The notes beneath the pieces were generated by a model. That model was not told the DNA's origin, ran no database searches, and saw nothing but the letters and a program-made list of their open reading frames with translations. The position numbers were made by a program, and so were the translations under genes. From positions 260,243-324,242 of the forward strand of contig CAVVTA010000009.1 in NCBI GenBank assembly GCA_963751045.1: a stretch of DNA of 64,000 nt. The letters are read 5' to 3'. This document shows positions 37,844-49,398 of the stretch, in pieces. Position 1 is the first letter of the stretch, and each line of letters begins with the position of its first letter. This DNA is from an uncultured Actinomycetota bacterium. GTDB taxonomy: Bacteria > Actinomycetota > Actinomycetes > Propionibacteriales > Propionibacteriaceae.

Positions 37844-38887
37844 CTAGCGACCGGCGGTGCTCTCCCGCACGACCAGCTCCGGCTGCAGCGTCACGATCTG
37901 GTGGACGTGTGCTTCGGGCCCGAGACGGATCTCCTCCAGGAGGAGCTGCACGGCCCGTTCGCCGAGCTCCTCGCCTCGCATCCTCACCGAGGAGAGCGGA
38001 ATGGCCCCGCCCCAGGCCGAAGAGTTGTGGTCGCAGCCCATGACGGCCACGTCGCCAGGTACGGCGAGTCGGGCGCCGATCAGCTGACCGATGACCGCCA
38101 TGGCGAGCATGTCCGTGACCGCCAGCACGGCATCGGCCCGTTGCCGGCCCTGGGCGATGATGCGCCGACCCGCCGTGGCGCCATCGGGAGCATCGAGCTC
38201 ATCGACCGTGATCTCCTGCAACTCGACCCGTCCACCGGTCTCCGCTACAGCACGGCGGGCTCCCGTGCGCCGCAGGCCCACCGGTTGGAGGTCGTAGCGG
38301 CCGGCCACGAAGGCAATGCGCCTGCGTCCGAGCTCGATGAGGTGCCGCGCGGCCAGATAACCGGCGTGCTCGTTGTCGATCACGACCGTACATATGTCGT
38401 CCTTCTCGGAGAGGTAGTTGAGGACGACGACCGGACGCCCGTGCCGGCGCAGACGTTCGATGCCGACGTGGGCATCCTGCATCGGAGCCAGGAGAAGGGC
38501 CGAAACGCGCGCCCCGTCGAGGAAATCCAAGTGCGCGTCTTGCTGTTCCTCATCACTGTCGGAACTGGCCAGCTGGAGGATGAGGCCGTTCGCCTTCGCG
38601 GCCCGCTGCGCCCCCTCGGCCACGTCCACGAACAGGGAGTTCCGCAGCGTCGGGACCACCAACCCGACCGTTCGCGTGTGGCCGGACGCCAAAGCGCTCG
38701 CCATGCTGTTGCGGGAGAAGCCGAGTTCGGCGATCGCCGCCAGCACTCTTTCCCGCGTCCCCTCTGATACTCGATCCGGGTGGTTCAGAACGTGGGACAC
38801 CGTCCCCACCGAGACGCCGGCTCTGGCCGCAACGTCGGGAAGGGTAGGACGGGAGGAACTCTTTCTCCCGTTTCCGGCGGCTGACAC
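37844..38887 (-). CDS. LacI-family transcriptional regulator (likely rhamnose regulator)
   Basis: HTH LPDVAARAGVSVGTVSHVLN. Divergent from rhaI. Confidence 0.85.
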   Translation of the reverse strand: MSAAGNGRKSSSRPTLPDVAARAGVSVGTVSHVLNHPDRVSEGTRERVLAAIAELGFSRNSMASALASGHTRTVGLVVPTLRNSLFVDVAEGAQRAAKANGLILQLASSDSDEEQQDAHLDFLDGARVSALLLAPMQDAHVGIERLRRHGRPVVVLNYLSEKDDICTVVIDNEHAGYLAARHLIELGRRRIAFVAGRYDLQPVGLRRTGARRAVAETGGRVELQEITVDELDAPDGATAGRRIIAQGRQRADAVLAVTDMLAMAVIGQLIGARLAVPGDVAVMGCDHNSSAWGGAIPLSSVRMRGEELGERAVQLLLEEIRLGPEAHVHQIVTLQPELVVRESTAGR

Positions 38888-38969
38888 GGGGGAACTCTAC
38901 TGACCTGAGCCCCGACCCGAAGCGCAGAAGTCTTGACACGCACACGGCGATAGGATAATTTTTCCCTGT

Positions 38970-38985
38970 GTTAGAACGTTTCAAC
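38970..38985. promoter_or_regulatory. Candidate LacI-family operator (GTTAGAACGTTTCAAC)
   Basis: 16-nt near-palindrome (GTTnnAACGTTnnAAC) 34 nt upstream of the rhaI ATG, in the divergent LacI/rhaI promoter region. Confidence 0.45.
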
Positions 38986-39018
38986 CAGTCGTCGTCTCAT
39001 GCACCCGAGGAGTGATAC

Positions 39019-40185
39019 ATGACGGGGTTCGCCTCCATCGCCGACCAATTGGCCCACCAGGCCATCGAGCTGCCCTCCTGGGCCTTCGGCAACTCCGGCA
39101 CCCGGTTCAAGGTCTTCTCGACCTCGGGCACCCCGCGGACCGTCCAGGAGAAGCTGGCCGATGCCGCCAAGGTCCACGAACACACCGGGCTGGCCCCGAA
39201 GGTCGCCTTGCACATCCCGTGGGACAAGGTCGACGACTACGCGGCGCTGCGGTCCTATGCCGCGGAACTGGGGGTCGAGCTGGGCACGATCAACTCCAAC
39301 ACCTTCCAAGACGACATCTACAAGTTCGGCAGCCTCACCCACGTCGATGAATCCGTCCGGCGCAAGGCCATCGAGCACCACTTCGAGTGCATCGAGATCA
39401 TGAACCTGACCGGCTCCCGAGATCTGAAGATCTGGCTGGCCGACGGCACCAACTATCCCGGTCAGGGCGATATCCGCGGGCGGCAGGACCGGCTGGCTGA
39501 CAGCCTGGCCCAGATCTACGCGAAAATCGGGCCCGAGCAGCGCCTGGTGCTGGAGTACAAGTTCTTCGAGCCGGCGTTCTACCACACTGACGTTCCCGAC
39601 TGGGGCACGTCGTACGCTCAGGTGCTCGCCCTTGGAGAGCGCGCGATGGTCTGTCTCGACACCGGCCACCATGCCCCCGGCACCAACATCGAGTTCATCG
39701 TCGCCCAGCTGCTGCGGCTCGGAAAGCTCGGTTCCTTCGACTTCAACTCCCGGTTCTACGCCGACGACGACCTCATCGTCGGAGCGGCGGACCCGTTCCA
39801 GCTCTTCCGGATCCTGTTCGAGGTGATCCGGGGCGGCGGCTACGGGCCGGATTCGGGAGTCGCCTTCATGCTCGACCAGTGCCACAACGTCGAGGACAAG
39901 ATTCCCGGACAGATCCGCTCCGTGCTGAACGTCCAGGAGATGACGGCCCGCGCCCTGCTGGTCGACACCGATGCGCTCGCCGCTGCTCAGCAGGCCGGTG
40001 ACGTGCTCGGCGCCAACGCCGTGATGATGGACGCCTTCTACACCGACGTACGGCCGGAACTGGCCGTATGGCGGGAGACGCGGGGACTGCCCGCCGACCC
40101 GGTGCGGGCGTATGCCGACTCCGGCTACCAGAAGCAGATCGAAGCCGACCGCGTCGGCGGCCAACAAGCCGGCTGGGGCGCATAG
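39019..40185 (+). CDS. rhaI: L-rhamnose isomerase (actinobacterial / P. stutzeri type)
   Basis: ELPSWAFGNSGTRFKVF...HIPWD...DTGHHAPGTNIE. A strong SD (GAGGAG) precedes the ATG. Confidence 0.88.
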   Translation: MTGFASIADQLAHQAIELPSWAFGNSGTRFKVFSTSGTPRTVQEKLADAAKVHEHTGLAPKVALHIPWDKVDDYAALRSYAAELGVELGTINSNTFQDDIYKFGSLTHVDESVRRKAIEHHFECIEIMNLTGSRDLKIWLADGTNYPGQGDIRGRQDRLADSLAQIYAKIGPEQRLVLEYKFFEPAFYHTDVPDWGTSYAQVLALGERAMVCLDTGHHAPGTNIEFIVAQLLRLGKLGSFDFNSRFYADDDLIVGAADPFQLFRILFEVIRGGGYGPDSGVAFMLDQCHNVEDKIPGQIRSVLNVQEMTARALLVDTDALAAAQQAGDVLGANAVMMDAFYTDVRPELAVWRETRGLPADPVRAYADSGYQKQIEADRVGGQQAGWGA

Positions 40186-40204
40186 GGAGGTACGGGCCAA
40201 TTCA

Positions 40205-40272
40205 CAGCTGCTCGAGTTCCACGCTCCCGCTCGAGTTGCAACTCGAGCAGGAGCGTGCAACCCGAGCACCTC
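40205..40272. repeat. 68-nt imperfect palindrome (REP-like) inside the rhaI-rhaEW intergenic region
   Basis: The arms are centred on GTTGCAAC at 40235-40242. The left arm is CAGCTGCTCGAGTTCCACGCTCCCGCTCGAGTTGC and the right arm is GCAACTCGAGCAGGAGCGTGCAACCCGAGCACCTC. Confidence 0.65.
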
Positions 40273-40294
40273 GTGCGATGAAGAACCGAAGGAA

Positions 40295-42334
40295 ATGATG
40301 ACCAATCAGGCAGTGACCGAACTGATCGACCGGAGCAACCGGCTGGGATCGGACCCGAAGAACACCAATTACGCCGGCGGGAACACCTCCGCCAAGGGCA
40401 CCGAGACCGATCCGGTGACCGGCGAGCCCGTCGAGCTGCTGTGGGTCAAGGGCTCCGGCGGTGACTTGGGCACGCTGAAGGAGTCCGGGCTGGCAGTGCT
40501 GCGGCTGGACCGGATGCGGGCCCTGGTCGACGTCTATCCCGGGCTCGCACGCGAGGACGAGATGGTCGCCGCCTTCGACTTCTGTCTGCACGGCAAGGGC
40601 GGCGCGGCGCCGTCGATCGACACCGCCATGCACGGTCTGGTCGACGCCCCGCACGTTGATCATCTCCATCCCGATTCCGGCATCGCCGTCGCCACCGCCG
40701 CGGACGGGGAGGCGTTGACCAAGGAGATCTTCGGCGAGAAGGTGGTCTGGGTGCCGTGGCGCCGACCCGGTTTCCAACTCGGCCTGGACATCGCCAAGAT
40801 CAAGAGCGAGAACCCGCAGGCGGTCGGCTGCATCCTCGGCGGTCACGGCATCACCGCCTGGGGGGCCACATCGGAGGAGTCCGAACGCAACTCGCTGTGG
40901 ATCATCGACACCGCCGCCCAGTTCATCGCCGCGAATTCCCGGCCCGAACCCTTCGGTCCGGCGCTCGAGGGCTATGCCGCCTTGCCGGAAGCGGAGCGGC
41001 GGGCCCGGGCGGCCGCGTTGGCGCCGACCCTGCGGTCGATCGCCTCGACCGACAAGGCGATGGTCGGCCACTACACCGATGCCGACGTGGTCCTGGATTT
41101 CCTGGCCGCCGCGGAGCATCCACGGCTGGCTGCGCTGGGTACGAGCTGTCCGGATCATTTCCTTCGCACCAAGGTGAAGCCGCTGGTGCTGGACCTGCCC
41201 GCGACCGCTTCCGTGGAGGATTCGATCACTCGGCTGCGCGAGTTGCACGAGAGCTACCGCGCCGACTACCAGGCCTACTACGACCGACACGCCACCGCCG
41301 ACTCGCCGGCCATCCGCGGCGCCGACCCGCTCATCGTTCTCATCCCAGGCGTCGGTATGTTCTCCTACGGCAAAGACGCCCAGACCGCCCGGGTCGCCGG
41401 AGAGTTCTACGTCAATGCGATCAATGTGATGCGCGGCGCCGAGGGGCTCTCCACGTACGCACCGATCGACGAGGCCGAGAAGTTCAACATCGAATACTGG
41501 GCTCTGGAAGAGGCCAAGCTGCAGCGGATGCCCAAGCCCAAGCCGCTGGCCTCCCGGATCGCACTGGTCACCGGCGCCGCCTCGGGCATCGGCAAGGCCA
41601 TCGCCACCCGACTCGCCGCCGAAGGCGCCTGCGTGGTGATCGCCGACCTGGACGCCGAGAAGGCGGCCGCGGCGGCGGCCGAGCTGGGCAACGGCGACGT
41701 GGCGATCGGCATCGCGGCGAACGTGACCGACGAGGCAGCGGTGCAGGCCGCCGTCGACGCCGCACTGTTGGCCTTCGGCGGGCTGGATCTGGTGATCAAC
41801 AACGCCGGGCTCTCGTTGTCCAAGGCGTTGCTCGACACCACCGTGGCGGACTGGGATCTGCAACACAACGTGATGGCCAAGGGCTCGTTCCTGGTCTCCC
41901 GGGCAGCGGCGAAGGTGCTGATCGAACAGCGGTTGGGCGGCGACATCGTCTACATCTCCAGCAAGAATTCGATCTTCGCCGGCCCCAACAACATCGCCTA
42001 CTCCGCCACCAAGGCCGACCAGGCCCACCAGGTCCGCCTGCTCGCCGCCGAGCTGGGAGAGCACGGTGTCAAGGTGAACGGCATCAATCCCGACGGCGTG
42101 GTCCGGGGCTCCGGGATCTTCGCCGGTGGCTGGGGCGCCAAGCGGGCGGCCGTCTACGGCGTCGACGAGGAGGATCTCGGCAAGTACTACGCCCAGCGCA
42201 CCCTGCTCAAGCGTGAGGTGTTGCCGGAGAACGTGGCCAACGCCGTCTTCGTCCTCTGCTCCGACGATCTCAGCCACACCACCGGCCTGCATGTTCCGGT
42301 GGATGCCGGGGTGGCCGCGGCGTTCCTGCGCTGA
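40295..42334 (+). CDS. rhaEW: Bifunctional rhamnulose-1-phosphate aldolase / short-chain dehydrogenase (lactaldehyde dehydrogenase)
   Basis: N-terminal class II aldolase-like region (NYAGGNTSAKG...WVKGSGGDLG) plus a C-terminal SDR (VTGAASGIGKA...YSATKAD). Trimmed to the ATG at 40295 after GAAGGAAA. Confidence 0.85.
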   Translation: MMTNQAVTELIDRSNRLGSDPKNTNYAGGNTSAKGTETDPVTGEPVELLWVKGSGGDLGTLKESGLAVLRLDRMRALVDVYPGLAREDEMVAAFDFCLHGKGGAAPSIDTAMHGLVDAPHVDHLHPDSGIAVATAADGEALTKEIFGEKVVWVPWRRPGFQLGLDIAKIKSENPQAVGCILGGHGITAWGATSEESERNSLWIIDTAAQFIAANSRPEPFGPALEGYAALPEAERRARAAALAPTLRSIASTDKAMVGHYTDADVVLDFLAAAEHPRLAALGTSCPDHFLRTKVKPLVLDLPATASVEDSITRLRELHESYRADYQAYYDRHATADSPAIRGADPLIVLIPGVGMFSYGKDAQTARVAGEFYVNAINVMRGAEGLSTYAPIDEAEKFNIEYWALEEAKLQRMPKPKPLASRIALVTGAASGIGKAIATRLAAEGACVVIADLDAEKAAAAAAELGNGDVAIGIAANVTDEAAVQAAVDAALLAFGGLDLVINNAGLSLSKALLDTTVADWDLQHNVMAKGSFLVSRAAAKVLIEQRLGGDIVYISSKNSIFAGPNNIAYSATKADQAHQVRLLAAELGEHGVKVNGINPDGVVRGSGIFAGGWGAKRAAVYGVDEEDLGKYYAQRTLLKREVLPENVANAVFVLCSDDLSHTTGLHVPVDAGVAAAFLR

Positions 42335-43806
42335 TGGCTCAGCAGGTGTACGCGGCCATCGACATCGGTGCGTCCGGCGGCCGGGTCATGGCCGGCATCG
42401 TGGGGCCTTCGACCGGCCTGGGGCACGACAAGGGCTTGGGACGCGTTTCGCTCGAGTCGGTCCATCGATTCCCCAACGGCGTCCGGGAGATCGACGGCCA
42501 GCTGCGCTGGGACCTCGAAGGGCTGTACGAGCAGGTGCTGGTCGGACTCGGCGAACTGGCCAAGCGCCACCACGAGGTGCGCAGCATCGGCATCGACACC
42601 TGGGCTGTGGACTACGGCCTGCTCGATCAGCATGGCCGGCTGTTGGCCCCGCCGATCGCCTACCGTGACAGCCGCACCGACCGGGTGATCGACACCGTGC
42701 ACAAGATCATCGGTCCGGCCGAGCTGTACGCGATCAACGGTCTGCAGTTCCTCCCCTTCAACACGATCTACCAGCTTGCGGCCGAACAGCACTCGCCGCT
42801 CTGGCCGGAGGCCGCCAAGATCGTGTTGTTGCCCGATCTGCTCGCCTACTGGTTGACCGGACAGTTGCGGGCCGAGATCACCAACGCCTCGACGACGGGC
42901 TTGCTGGACGCCGCAGGCCGAACCTGGTCTGACGCGATCTTGGGCCGCCTGCGGATCCCGGCCGACCGGCTGCCCGAGCTGGTGGAGCCGGGTCAGGTGA
43001 CGGGACGGTTGCGAGCCGAAGTGGCCGAGCGGACGGGGTTGAGCCCGGAGGTGACCGTGGTGGCCGTCGGGTCGCACGACACCGCCTCCGCGGTGGTGGC
43101 CGTACCCACCACGGGCAGTGACTTCGCCTACGTGTCCTCCGGGACCTGGTCGCTGGTCGGCCTGGAACTCGACGAACCGGTGCTGACCGAGGCGAGCCGA
43201 GCGGCGAACTTCACCAACGAAGGCGGCGTCGACGGTCGGATTCGTTTCCTCCGCAATGTCGGCGGCCTGTGGCTGTTGCAGGAATCCATGCGGATCTGGG
43301 CGGAGGCGGGCCAGGCCTTCGAACTGACCGATCTGTTGGACCAGGCCGCCGGCTGTCCACCCGGTGGGCCGACCGTCGACGTCGACGCCGAGGTGTTCCT
43401 GCCCCCCGGGGACATGCCGGAGCGCATCCGTCGCTCCTGCCGGGACCGTGGCAAGCCGGAGCCACAGTCGGCAGCCGAAGTGGTGCGCTGCATTCTCGAC
43501 TCGCTGGCCCTCGCCTACGCTCAGACCGTGGACGTCGCCGAGAAACTCTCCGGTCGGCGAGCCGCCGTGATTCACATCGTCGGTGGGGGATCGCAGAACG
43601 CCCTGCTGTGCCAATTGACCGCCGACCTCTCGGACCGGCCGGTGATCGCCGGTCCGGTCGAGGCCACCGCGCTGGGGAACGTACTCGTCCAGGCCCGGGC
43701 CTCCGGGGCCGCGCCGGCCACCTTGGAGGAGCTCCGCTCGATGGTCGCCGCATCCAGCGCGGTGCAGCACTATTGCCCGTCGACCGGCTCAGGGTCCGAA
43801 CGGTGA
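42334..43806 (+). CDS. rhaB: Rhamnulokinase
   Basis: FGGY kinase motifs AAIDIGASGGRVMAG and IGIDTWAVDYGLLD. The ATG overlaps the rhaEW stop (TGATG). Confidence 0.85.
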   Translation: MAQQVYAAIDIGASGGRVMAGIVGPSTGLGHDKGLGRVSLESVHRFPNGVREIDGQLRWDLEGLYEQVLVGLGELAKRHHEVRSIGIDTWAVDYGLLDQHGRLLAPPIAYRDSRTDRVIDTVHKIIGPAELYAINGLQFLPFNTIYQLAAEQHSPLWPEAAKIVLLPDLLAYWLTGQLRAEITNASTTGLLDAAGRTWSDAILGRLRIPADRLPELVEPGQVTGRLRAEVAERTGLSPEVTVVAVGSHDTASAVVAVPTTGSDFAYVSSGTWSLVGLELDEPVLTEASRAANFTNEGGVDGRIRFLRNVGGLWLLQESMRIWAEAGQAFELTDLLDQAAGCPPGGPTVDVDAEVFLPPGDMPERIRRSCRDRGKPEPQSAAEVVRCILDSLALAYAQTVDVAEKLSGRRAAVIHIVGGGSQNALLCQLTADLSDRPVIAGPVEATALGNVLVQARASGAAPATLEELRSMVAASSAVQHYCPSTGSGSER

Positions 43807-44600
43807 AAATCGGGCTCTTCATCACCTGCCTGGCCGACGCGATGTTCCCGGACGTCGGCCGGGCCACCGTGACCGTGCTCGAACGGCTCGGGCACGACGT
43901 CGACCTTCCCCTACGGCAGACCTGCTGCGGACAGATGCACGTCAACACCGGCTATCAGCGGCTGGCGCTGCCGATGGTGGAGAACTTCGCGGAGACCTTC
44001 GCCCCCTACGACGCGGTCGTCGCCCCGTCCGGCTCCTGCGTCGGCTCGGTCCGCCACCAGCACGCCCTGATCGCCCGGCGCTTCGGCACGGCGAGGCTGG
44101 TCGAGCAGGTCGAGGTGGTGGCGGCGAAGACGTACGAGTTGTCCGAACTGCTCGTGGATGTGCTGGGCGTCACCGACCTCGGGGCCTATTTCCCGCACCG
44201 GGTGACTTACCACCCCACCTGCCACTCGCTGCGGATGTTGCGGGTCGGCGACAAGCCCCTCACCCTGCTCCGGGCGGTCGAGGCGCTCGAGCTGGTGGAG
44301 CTGCCCGCGGCCGAAGAGTGTTGCGGCTTCGGCGGCACCTTCGCGATCAAGAACTCCGACACGTCGACCGCGATGCTGGCCGACAAGATGCGGCACGTGG
44401 TCGACACCGGGGCCGAGATCTGCACCGCCGGAGACAGTTCCTGCCTGATGCACATCGGCGGTGGGCTGTCCCGGTTGCGGGCGGGAGCGAAGACCGTCCA
44501 CCTGGCCCAGATCCTGGCTGCGACCCGGGAACAACCGATGGTGCTGGCCGCCGGCGGGCGGGACCGCGGCGTGCACGCCGGTCCGGAGGCCATCTCGTGA
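43803..44600 (+). CDS. lutA: L-lactate utilisation protein LutA ((Fe-S)-binding, CCG-domain protein)
   Basis: VKIGLFITCLADAMFPDVG...CCGQMH...CCGFGGTFAIKN. The GTG at 43803 overlaps the rhaB stop (GTGA). Confidence 0.85.
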   Translation: MKIGLFITCLADAMFPDVGRATVTVLERLGHDVDLPLRQTCCGQMHVNTGYQRLALPMVENFAETFAPYDAVVAPSGSCVGSVRHQHALIARRFGTARLVEQVEVVAAKTYELSELLVDVLGVTDLGAYFPHRVTYHPTCHSLRMLRVGDKPLTLLRAVEALELVELPAAEECCGFGGTFAIKNSDTSTAMLADKMRHVVDTGAEICTAGDSSCLMHIGGGLSRLRAGAKTVHLAQILAATREQPMVLAAGGRDRGVHAGPEAIS

Positions 44601-46108
44601 AAGACCGCTTGCGGGGCCGCGGCCAGCCAGTCCTGCTGGGCCTGCCCGCGCTGCCCACGTCACCCCGCGGGGTGGGCCAGCTGCGCGGCGACCAGTCGTT
44701 CCCCGCCGCGGCCCGCGGCGCCCTGGCGGACACCCAGCTGCGCCGCAACCTCGGCAAGGCGACCGGCACGATCCGGGCCAAACGGGCCGAGGTGGTCGCC
44801 GAGCTGCCCGACTGGGAGGAGCTGCGGGAGGCCGGTCGGCAACTCAAGGTGCACACGATGGCGCGGTTGCCGGAGTACCTGAGCCAGTTCGAAGCGGCGG
44901 TGCAGGCCCGGGGCGGGGTGGTGCACTGGGCCCGCGACGCGGTGGAGGCCAACCAGATCGTCATCGACCTGGTCCGCGCGACGGGAACCGATGAAGTGGT
45001 CAAGGTGAAGTCCATGGCCACCCAGGAGATCGGGCTGAACGAGGCCCTGGAGGCCACCGGCATCGCGGCCCTGGAGACCGATCTGGCCGAGTTGATCGTG
45101 CAACTCGGACAGGACAGGCCGTCGCACATCCTGGTGCCCGCCATCCATCGCAACCGCGCCGAGATCCGGGAGATCTTCCTGCGGGAGATGGCCGATGTCG
45201 ACCCCGAGCTGAGTGATGAGCCGGCAGCGCTGGCCGCGGCGGCCCGCAGGCACCTGCGGCGCAAGTTCCTGTCCGCGCGGGTGGCCATCAGCGGGGCCAA
45301 CTTCGGGATAGCCGAGACCGGAACGCTGTCGGTGGTGGAGTCCGAGGGCAACGGGCGGATGTGCCTCACCCTGCCGCAGACCTTGATCACGGTGCTGGGG
45401 ATCGAGAAGCTGGTTCCCCGCGCGCGGGATCTCGAGGTGTTCCTCCAACTGCTGCCGCGCAGCTCGACCGGGGAGCGGATGAACCCGTACACCTCGCTGT
45501 GGACCGGCGTCACCCCCGGCGACGGCCCGCAGGACGTGCACGTGATCCTGCTCGACAACGGTCGCACGGCGGTGCTGTCCGACGAGCACGGCCGGGATGC
45601 GCTGAACTGCATCCGCTGCAGCGCCTGCCTGAACGTGTGTCCGGTCTACGAGCGGGTCGGCGGGCATGCGTACGGCTCGGTATATCCCGGGCCGATCGGG
45701 GCGATCCTGTCCCCGCAGCTGACCGGGATCGAGGACAACGCCTCCCTGCCGTACGCGTCGTCGCTGTGCGGGGCGTGCTACGACGTCTGCCCGGTCAAGA
45801 TCGATATTCCGTCCATCCTGGTGCACCTGCGGAACGAGCACACCGAGGCGTACGCCACGGAGCACACGGTGCCGAGCGCCGAGGCCACCGCCATGAAGGC
45901 GGCCGCCTGGGTGATGAGCAACCCGACCCGGTGGACACTCGCGTTGCGGGGCGGTCGACTGGGCCGGATCCTCGGCCGCAAGCGAGGCGTCATCGGTGAC
46001 GTGCCGCTTCCGATCGCCGGCCAGTGGACCGAAGCACGGGACCTGCCGCGACCGCCGAAACAGACCTTCCGCGACTGGTGGGCCGCCGAGCACGAGGCCG
46101 GCTCGTGA
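44597..46108 (+). CDS. lutB: L-lactate utilisation iron-sulfur protein LutB
   Basis: FPAAARGALADTQLRRNL..., ferredoxin-type CIRCSACLNVCPVY and CGACYDVCPVKI. The GTG at 44597 overlaps the lutA stop. Confidence 0.88.
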   Translation: MKDRLRGRGQPVLLGLPALPTSPRGVGQLRGDQSFPAAARGALADTQLRRNLGKATGTIRAKRAEVVAELPDWEELREAGRQLKVHTMARLPEYLSQFEAAVQARGGVVHWARDAVEANQIVIDLVRATGTDEVVKVKSMATQEIGLNEALEATGIAALETDLAELIVQLGQDRPSHILVPAIHRNRAEIREIFLREMADVDPELSDEPAALAAAARRHLRRKFLSARVAISGANFGIAETGTLSVVESEGNGRMCLTLPQTLITVLGIEKLVPRARDLEVFLQLLPRSSTGERMNPYTSLWTGVTPGDGPQDVHVILLDNGRTAVLSDEHGRDALNCIRCSACLNVCPVYERVGGHAYGSVYPGPIGAILSPQLTGIEDNASLPYASSLCGACYDVCPVKIDIPSILVHLRNEHTEAYATEHTVPSAEATAMKAAAWVMSNPTRWTLALRGGRLGRILGRKRGVIGDVPLPIAGQWTEARDLPRPPKQTFRDWWAAEHEAGS

Positions 46109-46758
46109 GTGCCCGCGACGAGGTGCTGGCGCGGATCGGCCGAGCACATCAGGCCGCCCCCCCGCCCGACCTGGATTACGCCGACATCGCCCGGGACTAC
46201 CGGACCTCCTCGGCGGCGACGACCGCCGATCTGGCGGAGCGATTGGTTGATCGGCTGCTCGACTACAAGGCGCTGGTGCGGCGGTGTGGCCCGAACCAGG
46301 TGGCCGCCGAGGTGGCGGCGGCGATGGCCGACCGGGGGGCCCAGCGGGTGGTCCTCCCGGACGGCCTGGACCGTAGCTGGCTGGCGCAGACCGAGATCGC
46401 CTGGCTGGAGGACCGCCCCGACTCCCCGCTCAGCATCGAGAGCCTGGACGGCAGCGACGGCGTGGTCACCGGCTGCGCGACCGCCATCGCCGAGACCGGC
46501 ACGTTGATCTTGGACGGTACGGCGGGAATGGGCCGTCGGGTGCTCAGCCTGATCCCGGACTATCACCTGTGCGTGGTCTGGCCGGAACAGATTTGCGCCG
46601 ACGTCCCGCAGGGCATCGCCCGGATCGACATCACCCGACCCTTGACCATGATCAGCGGTCCCAGCGCCACCAGCGACATCGAACTCAACCGGGTCGAGGG
46701 TGTCCACGGGCCGCGGACACTGGAAGTGATCCTGGTCGCCGAGGCGGGCTCGGGCTGA
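46105..46758 (+). CDS. lutC: L-lactate utilisation protein LutC
   Basis: LUD-domain pattern (AIAETGTLILDG...ISGPSATSDIE). The GTG at 46105 overlaps the lutB stop. Confidence 0.8.
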   Translation: MSARDEVLARIGRAHQAAPPPDLDYADIARDYRTSSAATTADLAERLVDRLLDYKALVRRCGPNQVAAEVAAAMADRGAQRVVLPDGLDRSWLAQTEIAWLEDRPDSPLSIESLDGSDGVVTGCATAIAETGTLILDGTAGMGRRVLSLIPDYHLCVVWPEQICADVPQGIARIDITRPLTMISGPSATSDIELNRVEGVHGPRTLEVILVAEAGSG

Positions 46759-46827
46759 TCGGGCCCTTCGACAGGCTCAGGGCGCGAACAACCCGTTGGT
46801 CACTACGCTTGCGCACGTGACCGGCTC

Positions 46828-49378
<2,551 letters not shown>

Positions 49379-49398
49379 TCTTCACTCCCGGTGCGCGG

